Virus record (IMG/VR): IMGVR_UViG_3300018044_000002
Location: 2,682-66,681 of that record
Reading direction: 5' to 3' (one strand)
Source: a virus
Length of the DNA: 64,000 bases
The stretch's first letter is position 1. Every line of letters begins with the position of its first letter. The translations under genes and the position numbers were made by a program. The notes beneath the pieces were generated by a model. It saw only the letters and a program-made list of their open reading frames with translations. It ran no database searches and was not told the origin of the DNA. Shown piece after piece: positions 55,278-64,000 of this stretch.

Positions 55278-56026
55278 GGTTGTCCTCCCCACCCGGCAGG
55301 GTTCCGCACCGTCCCCAGTTCCCCCCGGATCATCGCCGCGCATTTCTGTTCGAACAGGTCGCGCATCTGGGGGGCGTCGTCGTAGGTCCCCGCCGGCTCG
55401 TGCCACTGATGGTGGACGAGGGGCAGGTCAGGGTAGCAGAACTCGACGCCTTCTCCGGCGAGACGGGCAGCGAGGTCGTCGTCATCGTAGCCGGCTCCAC
55501 GAAAATCTTCATCAAACCCGCGCAGCCGGGTCAGCAACTCGCGCCGGATCGCGCCGCAGAAGAAGTAGGGTCGCTGGTTGTCCGGGCCGCAGTAGGACTG
55601 CTGCACCGCGCCAGCCGGGTCAAGCGCCAGCACGTGTGCAAAGACGGCGGCGGGTCGGGAGGAAGGAGCGTCGAGGACAGCCGCGACCAGCCGCGCAACG
55701 GTGTCCGGCGACTGGTGCTCGCACTCGGCGTTCTGGAGGATCACTACCTCGCCCGAGGCCGCCCGAATCCCCATGTTATTCGGAAGGGACGGATTGCGAA
55801 AGGCGGCGGAAGCGGGGCGCCGGCAGGGGAGCCAGCGCGCGCCGAACTGTTCGCAGAGGAATCGCGCGGAAGGGTGGCCGTGGCGGCCATCGCCGTCGTC
55901 GACCACGATCACCTCACAGGGGTAAGGAAGAGAGGAGATCTGCCGCGCGATCGACGCGAGGGTCCGGGCGAGCTGTGGATTGCGATTGAAGGTCGAAATA
56001 ACAATAGAAACAGTCGGTTGACTCAC
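55274..56026 (-). CDS. Glycosyltransferase family 2
   Basis: VSIVISTFNR, EVIVVDDG, GFDEDF.G.GYDDDD. Confidence 0.88.
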   Translation of the reverse strand: MSQPTVSIVISTFNRNPQLARTLASIARQISSLPYPCEVIVVDDGDGRHGHPSARFLCEQFGARWLPCRRPASAAFRNPSLPNNMGIRAASGEVVILQNAECEHQSPDTVARLVAAVLDAPSSRPAAVFAHVLALDPAGAVQQSYCGPDNQRPYFFCGAIRRELLTRLRGFDEDFRGAGYDDDDLAARLAGEGVEFCYPDLPLVHHQWHEPAGTYDDAPQMRDLFEQKCAAMIRGELGTVRNPAGWGGQP

Positions 56027-56571
56027 AGTTGAATCACCCCTAACCCGTAGCTTCCAGGGCGGATGTACTTCACGTAATCCGGCCCGAACACCTTCCGAAA
56101 CTCGTTGAATGCCCGCCACACCCCAGGGAAGTTGTCATTCGCCAGCACGTCATGTACCAGCACCAACCCGCCCCGTAGAACCAACTCGGAATATGCCCTG
56201 AGATCGTGCAACGTGGCCTCGTAGGTGTGGCAACCATCTACATATAACACGGAGTAGTGTTGGTTGCAAACTTTATCGTAGGTTTCTGCCAACTGACTGT
56301 CTCCGAGCACGAAGCGCCACTGTGGAGAGTCAGGAAAGTTCTCGGCGCATAGTGGGTTGATGTCGATCGAGGTCACTGAGCTGGCTGCACCGGTCAGGAA
56401 GGCGGTGGTAGAGTTCCCGCAGTCGCAGCCGATTTCGAGGATCGCGCCGGGCAGGGAGTGGAGGAGAGGGAGGTGGTCACGGGTGTCGATCAGCTCGGCA
56501 CAGGTGAGGAGGTGCTGATAGTGGTCGGCGAGAGTAGCGGCGAGTTTGGGCTGAGATGTACCGAGAGCCAT
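56023..56571 (-). CDS. Class I SAM-dependent methyltransferase (Methyltransf_24-like)
   Basis: LEIGCDCGNST, YVDGCHTY, GGLVLVHD. Confidence 0.85.
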   Translation of the reverse strand: MALGTSQPKLAATLADHYQHLLTCAELIDTRDHLPLLHSLPGAILEIGCDCGNSTTAFLTGAASSVTSIDINPLCAENFPDSPQWRFVLGDSQLAETYDKVCNQHYSVLYVDGCHTYEATLHDLRAYSELVLRGGLVLVHDVLANDNFPGVWRAFNEFRKVFGPDYVKYIRPGSYGLGVIQL

Positions 56572-56575
56572 GTTG

Positions 56576-57517
56576 TTACTTGCCTCCTTGCGCCGCGGCG
56601 AGGTGCCGGTCGTTCCAGTACCGCGCGAGGTCCGGCAGGGTCAGTCGCTGCTCGTCGAGGAGGAGCTTGATCTCGCGGATGCCGTCGGAGAGCGAGTAGG
56701 CCGGGTCGAAGCCGAGGTCGCGCCGGGCTCGCTCGCTGCTGACGCGGTAGTTCCGGTTGTCCTCGAAGTGTTGAGGGGTGCGGAGGACTTCGAGGTTGGG
56801 GAACTCGGTGGCGACCTGCGCGGCGAGGTCAGCGATGGACCAGTTGGACCGCGAAAGGTTGTAGACCCCGCGCGCCTCCTGCTCCAGCCCCCGCACCACC
56901 GCCCGCGCCGCATCCCGAACGTGTAGCAGAGGCCGGTACTGCTCCCCGCCGAACACGGTGATCCGGTGGTCCCGGTGCGCGCGCTGGGTCAGGGTGTTCA
57001 GGACCAAGTCGAAACGCACGCGGGAGAAGTGGTCGGAGAGTCCGAAGAGGGTGCCGAGGCGGAACACGAGCGCATCCTTCCCGGCGAGGTACTGCTCGGC
57101 GGCCAGCTTGGTCGAGGCGTAGACCGAGAGCGGGTTGGTCGGCGAGGTCTCGTCGAGTTCCGAGTCGGCTGCGCCGTAGACCGAGCAGGTCGAGAGGAAG
57201 ATTATTCTGCCGTCGAAGTTGTCGGCCAGCCACTGCACCGAGTCTTGGTTGACTGCCACCGCGTTGGCTGGGTCGAGCGCACAGGCCCCGTCGCCCACGA
57301 CCGCAGCCAGCCAGACCACGGCGTCGGCCCACAGGAGGTGAGGCAGGAGTCGCGCGTGGTCGCGGATGTCGCCCCGGACAAACGGGACCGGCTTGCGGTA
57401 GCTCTCCTCGTAGAGGAGCGAGTCGTACACTCGAAAGTCGTAGTTGTTGTTGCCGAGCAGCAAGTCAGTGACTGCGCCTCCGACGTAACCCGCGCCGCCA
57501 ACGATAAGGATTTTCAT
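56576..57517 (-). CDS. NAD-dependent nucleotide-sugar epimerase/dehydratase
   Basis: GGAGYVG, STCSVYG, YASTK, RPLLHVRD. Confidence 0.9.
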   Translation of the reverse strand: MKILIVGGAGYVGGAVTDLLLGNNNYDFRVYDSLLYEESYRKPVPFVRGDIRDHARLLPHLLWADAVVWLAAVVGDGACALDPANAVAVNQDSVQWLADNFDGRIIFLSTCSVYGAADSELDETSPTNPLSVYASTKLAAEQYLAGKDALVFRLGTLFGLSDHFSRVRFDLVLNTLTQRAHRDHRITVFGGEQYRPLLHVRDAARAVVRGLEQEARGVYNLSRSNWSIADLAAQVATEFPNLEVLRTPQHFEDNRNYRVSSERARRDLGFDPAYSLSDGIREIKLLLDEQRLTLPDLARYWNDRHLAAAQGGK

Positions 57518-58632
57518 ACTGCCTGCCTTTCTGGTAGGTAAGAGAGGAGGATGCGTACGACAGTCTCGGCCACGTTCGTGCGGAGGTAGTCGGCGGGCGG
57601 GGTCCAGGAGGCGTGGTCGGCGCGGGTCACCAGCCGCACGAGGTCGAGGATTCGCGCCGGGTCAGCGCCGGAGAGGACCGACGTGCCGCACTCCACTGTT
57701 TCTGGCCTCTCGGTATGGTCGCGCAGGGTGACGGAGGGGGTCTGGAGCAGGCAGGACTCCTCTTGCACGGTACCTGAGTCCGAGAGGGTGCAGAAGGCGG
57801 CTCGCTGAAGCGCGATGAAGTCGAAGAAGGGGAAGGGAGGGAGGAATCGCACAGAGGGGCTGAGGTCCCCCCCGCGCAGATTGAGCGCGTCGATTCTCTG
57901 CTGCAAGTGTGGATGGGTACTGACGATAACAGGGTGAAGGTATGTGTATTGGAGTTGGTTAAACGCCTCGATGAAGTTTCGGAGGCGGGCCGGGTCGTCG
58001 ATGTTCTCAGCGCGGTGCAGTGTGACGAGGAAGAACTGGCGCGCGGTCAGGCCGAGCCGCTCGCGCACCGCTGCGGCGGCAAGGTCGATCTGTCTGCCGT
58101 AGTGTTGGATGACCTCCCAGATCGGGTTCCCCGTGACGAACACTCGGTCCGATGGGATGCCCTCTGCTAGCAGGTTCGCCCGGCTCCGCTCCGTGTAAGG
58201 CAGCAGGACTCGGCTGGCATGGTCGATCAGCCGGCGGTTGACTTCCTCGGGCGAGGTGGGCGAGTAGGACCGGTTCCCTGCCTCCATGTGGTAGACCGAG
58301 AGGCCGAGCCGGGCGGCAGGAATCGCGGCCAGGGACGAGTTGGTGTCACCGAGGATCAGCACGCGGTCGGGGCGGGTGGCGGTGAGCAGGAGCTCGATGG
58401 CAGGCAGCAGCGCGGCCAGTTGCTCGCCGAACGAGCCTTGCATTTCGAGTTGGATGTCCGGCGCACGCAGGCCAAGCTCGTCGAAGAAGACTTGCGAGAG
58501 GCCGGGGTCGTGGTTCTGGCCGGTGTGCACGAGCAGGTGGTTCGCCCTCCCGACCGCCTCGTCGAGCAGGGGGATCACGCGCGAGAGGCGAATGATCTCC
58601 GGGCGCGTGCCGAGGATGGTGAGCACCTTCAT
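57514..58632 (-). CDS. UDP-N-acetylhexosamine 2-epimerase (WecB family, FnlC/WbjD-like)
   Basis: GTRPEIIRL, HTGQN, GDTNS, HMEAGNR, PEEVNR, DSGTVQEE, TERPE. Confidence 0.92.
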   Translation of the reverse strand: MKVLTILGTRPEIIRLSRVIPLLDEAVGRANHLLVHTGQNHDPGLSQVFFDELGLRAPDIQLEMQGSFGEQLAALLPAIELLLTATRPDRVLILGDTNSSLAAIPAARLGLSVYHMEAGNRSYSPTSPEEVNRRLIDHASRVLLPYTERSRANLLAEGIPSDRVFVTGNPIWEVIQHYGRQIDLAAAAVRERLGLTARQFFLVTLHRAENIDDPARLRNFIEAFNQLQYTYLHPVIVSTHPHLQQRIDALNLRGGDLSPSVRFLPPFPFFDFIALQRAAFCTLSDSGTVQEESCLLQTPSVTLRDHTERPETVECGTSVLSGADPARILDLVRLVTRADHASWTPPADYLRTNVAETVVRILLSYLPERQAV

Positions 58633-59537
58633 CGGCTAACCTCCCCGGCCATCTCTGCCACCATCTCGCGGATCGTCGGCGGGGCTGGGTATCCAGCCGC
58701 CTGCCACAGCCCCTCGTTCACTTCCGGGTGGTCAGTCGCCAAGGTCCGGTCCACCCTGCTCGCCGCCTCCTTCTCCTCGATCCGGATGTCCCGCCGCGAG
58801 TAGAAGTGCGCGAAGTTGCGCAGCAGTTCCGACTTGGGGATTGCGTAAGCGGGGAGAACGTGCTGGACCGGGGGGAGGACAGGGAAGTTCCTCTCGTCCG
58901 ACATGATGCCATGGCAGAGGCGGGCGAAGGCAAGGGTGGTAACGCCGTTCCAGAAGTGGTTAGTAAAGCCGGAGACAGTCGCGCTCGGCGGCTGCGCAAG
59001 GAACCACTGAAGCAACGAGCAGACGGGGCGGGGAGGGTCTACCTGTTCCGGCCCCACAATCGAGCAGCGCAGGTGCCGGACGGTGGGCGAGCGGACCTCG
59101 CCGAGGGACTTGGTCTTGCCATAGACGTCGAGGGGGTCGTGGGGGGAGGACTCGAAGTAGGAGCCGGCCGACGCGCCCTGCCCGGAGTAGACGCAGTCGG
59201 TGGCGATTTGCAGAACGCGCGCTCCAACACGCTCGGCTACCTCCGCGAGCATGTGAGGAAACAGCGCGTTGACTCGCACAGCGCGTTGAACCGAGCACGA
59301 GTTCTGTTCGTCGATGCGTGGCTTGATGATGCCGATGCAGTTGATGATGTAGTCCTGTCCATTAAGCAGGTACACCAGACTTTCAACACTAACTTGCGCT
59401 GCGTCGAATGGGAACTCTCCGCCTCTATGGTCGATCACGCACAGGTCGTACTCCGGCTGCTGACTGAGGAACCGCGCCACCATCCCCCCGAGCATCCCGG
59501 TCGAGCCGAGGATTGCAACCTTCACAGACTTACTCAT
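58629..59537 (-). CDS. RmlD-like NDP-4-keto-6-deoxysugar reductase
   Basis: GSTGMLG, INCIGII, TDCVYSG, YGKTK. Confidence 0.88.
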   Translation of the reverse strand: MSKSVKVAILGSTGMLGGMVARFLSQQPEYDLCVIDHRGGEFPFDAAQVSVESLVYLLNGQDYIINCIGIIKPRIDEQNSCSVQRAVRVNALFPHMLAEVAERVGARVLQIATDCVYSGQGASAGSYFESSPHDPLDVYGKTKSLGEVRSPTVRHLRCSIVGPEQVDPPRPVCSLLQWFLAQPPSATVSGFTNHFWNGVTTLAFARLCHGIMSDERNFPVLPPVQHVLPAYAIPKSELLRNFAHFYSRRDIRIEEKEAASRVDRTLATDHPEVNEGLWQAAGYPAPPTIREMVAEMAGEVSR

Positions 59538-59965
59538 CGTTCAATTACCTCCCACGGATTCCACCGCCTCGCCTCGAACCTCACATCGTCCTCCCGCGAC
59601 TCCTCGACCGTGGCCGACGAGAACCACATCAGGGTCGCGTCCCCGGTCAGGCTCATCCACCCGTTCGCGTACCCCGGCGGGATGGCGAGGATGGCGGGGC
59701 GGGCAGCGGAGAGAACGAACCGCTCGACGTCGTCGTTGAGCCCGGCGAGCGGGACCGTGCAGACCAGCGCGCTGCCCGCTACGGCCACCACCCACTTCCG
59801 CTCCCGCCGGTGCCCGTGCCATGCGCGGACCATCCCGGCGCGGTGGTTCTGGGTCAGGTAAGCGCGGCGGACCCCGGTGAACTGGAAATCGTTGACGAAG
59901 GAGAGCGTGCCGCGGTCGTCGACTGCGAGGGCGCCGGGGATCAGGGTGGGGATTGCGTAGTCCAT
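59534..59965 (-). CDS. RmlC/FdtA-like cupin sugar epimerase/isomerase
   Basis: DDRG, VRAWHGH, IPPGYANG. Confidence 0.85.
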   Translation of the reverse strand: MDYAIPTLIPGALAVDDRGTLSFVNDFQFTGVRRAYLTQNHRAGMVRAWHGHRRERKWVVAVAGSALVCTVPLAGLNDDVERFVLSAARPAILAIPPGYANGWMSLTGDATLMWFSSATVEESREDDVRFEARRWNPWEVIER

Positions 59966-59980
59966 GCTGACTTGACCTTT

Positions 59981-60736
59981 CTACTGTCCCTTAGCGATGT
60001 TATCGACCTGCCGTGATTCTGGCACGATGTCCTCGTACAACACGGGTACGAGGCGCTGGAACTCAGCGAGAAGCGGGATTACAACCTGCCGCATCTGTGG
60101 ATGAGCTTCCTTGCTGGTTCTCATCAGGAAGAAGTGCCGCCAAACGCGAAGGTTGTAGGTGACGATGATCTTGCTGGAGAGCGCGTTAGGGAAAACCGAG
60201 CGGGCTTCCTGCGGGCGCCAGCCTTTCTCCAAGAGATTTTTGTATTTGCGCTCTACTGTGTCTATAGAGTCGAGCCAATCGCCGTCGTATTGACACACAG
60301 CCAATCCCACCTGCTCGCCCCCAGGGTGGTGATACCAACGGGAACCTCCATCGGTCGCGATGCGCATTGCAGATGGCTCTATTCCACTGGAACAATATGG
60401 ACATTTTGTTTCGACAATCGGATATATGAACGTCGGCGGCATCTTCTTCGCGTAGTTCACGAACCGGGTGCTTTCCTGTGTGTAGGCCGCAAGACGATGC
60501 CGAACGATCTCGTGCGTGATACCCCGGTCCACAAGAAACTCGACTGAGGCTGACACATGCTCAGTCACCGACCAGTCTCCATGTTGCAGCACGACGGCTC
60601 GGATAAACTTCTCTGGCGAGTCGCTCGCGTTCTCTTCTGACCGGTGACTGACCCGCGCGGCGTATTCGATGCGCGACAGAGAGCCAGCAAGCAGGTCCGG
60701 CTCCATAATCTTTGCGTAAGGCTGAACAATCTTCAT
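59981..60736 (-). CDS. thyX: FAD-dependent thymidylate synthase
   Basis: AARVSH, SVTEH, RGITHEIVRHR..YTQESTR, EARSVFP, AHPQMR. Confidence 0.92.
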   Translation of the reverse strand: MKIVQPYAKIMEPDLLAGSLSRIEYAARVSHRSEENASDSPEKFIRAVVLQHGDWSVTEHVSASVEFLVDRGITHEIVRHRLAAYTQESTRFVNYAKKMPPTFIYPIVETKCPYCSSGIEPSAMRIATDGGSRWYHHPGGEQVGLAVCQYDGDWLDSIDTVERKYKNLLEKGWRPQEARSVFPNALSSKIIVTYNLRVWRHFFLMRTSKEAHPQMRQVVIPLLAEFQRLVPVLYEDIVPESRQVDNIAKGQ

Positions 60737-61089
60737 CAGTCCAGATCTTCCTTTCCTTGCACTACACGACCACTGACCAGAACCGCGCCGGGGCTACCTG
60801 ACTTGTCGGTCGCCTTGAAGAACGCTTTCTGGTCGTTCGGGTAGAGGAATTCGAGCATGGCATAGTTAGCGATGTCGATCAGGTTTTCGGTGTTGTGCGA
60901 CTCGCGATACTTGGTCAGACGCAACCGAAGCGACTTGATCCAGTTGAATCCGTGGCCGCTCTGCCAGGACTTCTTTGCATCGCCATAGTTGTGGTAGCCG
61001 ACTGCAACCCGGTTCAGCATCCCTTGGAGGAAATCCTTGCTGAATTGAGTCTGGGGGATGGAGTCGGGCCAATTGAGAGTTATCTTCAC
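60736..61089 (-). CDS. Putative all-alpha (MazG-like) nucleotide pyrophosphohydrolase
   Basis: GYHNYG ... ENLIDIANYAMLE; adjacent to thyX. Confidence 0.45.
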   Translation of the reverse strand: MKITLNWPDSIPQTQFSKDFLQGMLNRVAVGYHNYGDAKKSWQSGHGFNWIKSLRLRLTKYRESHNTENLIDIANYAMLEFLYPNDQKAFFKATDKSGSPGAVLVSGRVVQGKEDLD

Positions 61090-61104
61090 GATGTCTGACC
61101 TTTC

Positions 61105-61815
61105 TTACTCAGGAATCGGGTTGGGGCAGGAGGAGGAAAAGTTGGGAGCGACATGAGCACGGTAGTAGCGCTCTTCGGCGGAGAGGTTGTCTGACTGGCT
61201 GTACCACGGAATGTGTCGCACGACATAGGGGAAGTCCAGCCGGACGTGTTGCACTCCGCCCTGGTCGGCGAGGGGCCACTTTTGCCATCCGGGTTGGTAA
61301 ACGGCAGGCGTGGTGTCGATCGCGGCGTTCCAACAGTCCTGCTCGGGATAGCGACGCAACCAGTAATCGCTCTCGCACATCCTCATGTGGTCGCGCTGGT
61401 CGTAGCAGGCAGGCAGGTCGTCGATGCGGATCGCCGGGCCGACCTTCGCCGGGTGGTAGCGCTCGGCCACCTCCAGCATCTTGCGGACGAGGTCCAGTGG
61501 GCAGTCGGGGTCAGGCACGCAGTCAGGGTCGGTCACCACGAACGGGCGGGTTTGCTGAAGGTGCAGGTCCATCCGCCAGAACGCGTCCGGGCCGAGGTTC
61601 TGGGCGCGGATCAGGGTGATGCCGGTCATCGCAGGCGAGTCGTAGAAGTCGAGCAACGGCGGATAGGTCGACGCGTTGTCGATCACGCCGATCGAAGTCA
61701 TCCCGGCGCAGCGCAGCCAGGCGAGAAGGTCGCGGAAGCCCAGGTCGAGCCGGTCGTGGTTGTTGATCCAGACCGGGGTCTGCTGCCACGAGGTTTGCCA
61801 GTCCTGCCAGTTCAC
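61105..61815 (-). CDS. Glycosyltransferase, GT2-like
   Basis: GVIDNASTYPP, FVVTDPD, IDTT, RHIPWY. Confidence 0.75.
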   Translation of the reverse strand: MNWQDWQTSWQQTPVWINNHDRLDLGFRDLLAWLRCAGMTSIGVIDNASTYPPLLDFYDSPAMTGITLIRAQNLGPDAFWRMDLHLQQTRPFVVTDPDCVPDPDCPLDLVRKMLEVAERYHPAKVGPAIRIDDLPACYDQRDHMRMCESDYWLRRYPEQDCWNAAIDTTPAVYQPGWQKWPLADQGGVQHVRLDFPYVVRHIPWYSQSDNLSAEERYYRAHVAPNFSSSCPNPIPE

Positions 61816-62171
61816 TTGGCCACCTCGTTCTCTGCCGTGTCATCGTCCTCAACTCTGGCCAGCCGCACGCCATCAAGCGACTTCAGCCAGGCCAGCAACT
61901 GCTCGCGGAACCAGTCGACCGTGTCCAGGTCCTTGCAGAGGATCGTCGCCGACTCGCCGAGCAGCCAGCGGTACGCCGGCTTGGGTTTCGATACTGTCCC
62001 CGGCCCGTAGCAACCAAGCATGAGTCTGAGCCGGATCGCGCCCATCTCGGCGAGGCAGGCATCGAAGACTTCGACGTTGGAAGGTTCGTCGACCACGCTG
62101 GCCGACTTCACCTCGACTCGGATGTTGTCGTCGGACCACTGGGTTTTGGGGAGGCGGGGACGGGGGCTCAT
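61812..62171 (-). CDS. Hypothetical protein
   Basis: Coupled ORF. Confidence 0.55.
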   Translation of the reverse strand: MSPRPRLPKTQWSDDNIRVEVKSASVVDEPSNVEVFDACLAEMGAIRLRLMLGCYGPGTVSKPKPAYRWLLGESATILCKDLDTVDWFREQLLAWLKSLDGVRLARVEDDDTAENEVAK

Positions 62172-62344
62172 TGAATCACCACTTTCTTGATCTCGTAATA
62201 GTCAACACAGGAAGGTGGAGGATCATTGGCTTCCTGCTCGGCGACCCACTTCTCGGCCTTCTCAAGGGTGGAAAACGCCACGTCCGCCGCACCTCCCCAC
62301 TCGCAACCGTTCAGTTCGATGATGAATACAGTGTCGCCAATCAT
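62168..62344 (-). CDS. Hypothetical protein (58 aa, not in the ORF track)
   Basis: MIGDTVFIIE...AFSTLEKAEKW; ATGA overlaps at both ends. Confidence 0.55.
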   Translation of the reverse strand: MIGDTVFIIELNGCEWGGAADVAFSTLEKAEKWVAEQEANDPPPSCVDYYEIKKVVIQ

Positions 62345-62507
62345 TCTGCTGCCTTCTTCCTCGCCGCGATCACCTCTCGCCGCAGCCGGTTCGCGTAGGC
62401 GGTCAGCTCGGCGCGGGGGAGGGCCGGGCCGTGCTTGAGGCGGCGGAGGATAAGCTGCCTTTCAGTCGCGGTAAGAGTCGTATCAGTCGAGTTGGTCTCC
62501 GTGGTCA

Positions 62508-62945
62508 CTAGGCCAGCCACCTCCGACCTACTCGCTGCTCCTCTGCCTCGCGCTGCCGCACCGTCGCCTGTCGCTCCCCCGCCCGGACCATCCTTTTACT
62601 CTTGTAAGGCATCACGATCTGCGACCAGGCTCGCCCGGAGGAGAAGTTGTAGATGGCGTCCGGCCACATGATTTTTCTCGCCTCTTCCTCGGTTACGGGC
62701 CACGCTTCCCATTCAACTCCGGTGGTACGGTATCGAGCGCGGAGGGAGGGTCCGGCGGGTTGGATCGTGCGGCCCCGGTCGTCGAGAACGGCTTCGGCAG
62801 ACTCCTGCCAGAACAACCATGTGAAAACGCGGCTGGGGGCTGGATCGAGGCGGAGGGTGTGGGAAGCGGCGGGAGAGGTCGGCTCCAGTTCGGATGCTCG
62901 CTCGGCTGGATGGCCCTTCTGCCCGGTGGTGGGGGACTGGTTCAT
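62508..62945 (-). CDS. KTSC-like domain protein
   Basis: LRARYRTTG.EW..WPV....SSGRAWSQIV. Confidence 0.45.
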   Translation of the reverse strand: MNQSPTTGQKGHPAERASELEPTSPAASHTLRLDPAPSRVFTWLFWQESAEAVLDDRGRTIQPAGPSLRARYRTTGVEWEAWPVTEEEARKIMWPDAIYNFSSGRAWSQIVMPYKSKRMVRAGERQATVRQREAEEQRVGRRWLA

Positions 62946-63529
62946 TCAGGAAGGATGGTAGCACAAGGGAGGGTTGGTTGCAAACAATTATTTTCAGGTT
63001 CGCGGCAAACTTCATCGGCCACCCGTCCCATCGCTCCAGTCCCCGGATACAGGTCCACCACCTCGTCTCCCGGCTCGGCGTTCAGCAGGGCCAGAATCCA
63101 CCGGCATACCTTCTCCGGCTTGGCCCCGACTAGCCCTTTCTTCAAGGTGATCGGCTCGACGATGAAATCTTTTGGAGTGGTCTGCTTGCCGTTCTTCTCT
63201 GGAATTACGGCGCGGCAACCGAGCATTGGGTTCCTGCCGCCCCAGAAGATGATCGGCTCCCACGCGTAACAAGGCCGCACATTCCGCTTGAACGCACAGA
63301 AGGACTTGCACCAGACGGCGATGCGCCAGCCGGGAGGGCAGTGCTGGTTGAGGATCGGGATGATTCGGTCGAGCGACGATGACGAGGCAGACAAGGCCCA
63401 GCCATCAGGGAAGTCGCGGACGAGGCGCTGGACGAGTTCCGTGTGGTCAACCTCGGCGCATAAGGGGTCAGCGGAGTAGTGACGCTGTGCTTGGCCAATG
63501 TAGGGTGGGTCTGCGTAGGCGAATTTCAT
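62942..63529 (-). CDS. Amino (N6-adenine/N4-cytosine) DNA methyltransferase
   Basis: YADPPY, WEPII, KPEKV, DLYPGTG. Confidence 0.85.
   Translation of the reverse strand: MKFAYADPPYIGQAQRHYSADPLCAEVDHTELVQRLVRDFPDGWALSASSSSLDRIIPILNQHCPPGWRIAVWCKSFCAFKRNVRPCYAWEPIIFWGGRNPMLGCRAVIPEKNGKQTTPKDFIVEPITLKKGLVGAKPEKVCRWILALLNAEPGDEVVDLYPGTGAMGRVADEVCREPENNCLQPTLPCATILPE
62955..62983 (-). promoter_or_regulatory. Promoter inside the 3' end of the methyltransferase gene
   Basis: TTGCAA-17-TACCAT with extended TG; GAAAATAATTG upstream; ATG 9 nt downstream. Confidence 0.6.
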
Positions 63530-63651
63530 TGAAGCACCCACTTATATACTCCGTTCTTGAACTTTTGCCAAATCAACCTACCACACAACTTACAGTGGCA
63601 GAACTGTTGGTCCGGGTATTGCGGTTCATGCTTACAAGGACTCTTTCTCAC
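63526..63651 (-). CDS. Small Cys-rich protein
   Basis: GGAGG + GTG; CKH..CKLCG. Confidence 0.4.
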   Translation of the reverse strand: MRKSPCKHEPQYPDQQFCHCKLCGRLIWQKFKNGVYKWVLQ

Positions 63652-63950
63652 GCCGCACCTCCTGCCGCTGCCCGCGCGATCACACCGCACCGGCACCCTC
63701 TCAGCACCCCGTCCGGCACCTCTCCGACTCGAACCACGTGAACCCTGGCCCCGTTCCACGGCACCGGCTGGAGGCTGTGCGCGTGCTCGAAGAACGGGTC
63801 GGCCTCGCGGTCCAGCCGCTCGCAGCGATCCTTCAGGTCGGCAAAGGTCACGGGAGAGCAGTCCACCTGCCAGCCGCCGAACGCTTCCTTGGCTCGCTGG
63901 CCTAACTCCTCGCGCCAGGTGAACACTTCGTCGAGAGGAACGTCTCTCAT
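63648..63950 (-). CDS. Hypothetical protein
   Basis: GGAG + ATG. Confidence 0.55.
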   Translation of the reverse strand: MRDVPLDEVFTWREELGQRAKEAFGGWQVDCSPVTFADLKDRCERLDREADPFFEHAHSLQPVPWNGARVHVVRVGEVPDGVLRGCRCGVIARAAAGGAA

Positions 63951-64000
63951 CGCCCTGTCTCCACCGCCCGCGCCACCCGCCCCACCGCCCCCACTCCCAC

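Noticed and set aside
1-64000. Reverse transcriptase/DGR, recoded stop codons, host assignment
   Set aside because: No RT motifs or template/variable repeat pair seen; genes read intact in the standard code; the host cannot be determined from sequence alone, although lysozyme plus lipoprotein suggests a diderm.

Overview
This window looks like most or all of a GC-rich tailed bacteriophage genome with podovirus-type morphogenesis genes; I found no integrase, rRNA, canonical tRNA or CRISPR array. Left arm (+ strand, 0.7-17.8 kb): iteron-like repeats, a degenerate RecA-fold ATPase, a Cas4-like exonuclease, an AAA ATPase, an SSB-like protein, a Pif1/RecD-like helicase and a family A DNA polymerase. 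The polymerase carries an N-terminal uracil-DNA glycosylase-like domain and a 268-aa intein. Right arm (- strand, 64 to 17.9 kb): DNA methyltransferase, ThyX, a nucleotide-sugar biosynthesis cluster with four glycosyltransferases, then terminase, portal, scaffold, major capsid, tail, ejection, tailspike and lysis genes. The strongest finding is an HNH endonuclease overprinted in the +1 frame inside the polymerase intein, apparently with its own promoter embedded in intein block B and a leaderless start. Other notable points are coordinated substitutions at conserved polymerase residues, probable ATC start codons for terminase and portal, three gene cassettes flanked by duplicated gene ends, a cluster of tiny basic peptides, and a highly structured intergenic region. 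All calls come from motif recognition by eye; no database search was run.
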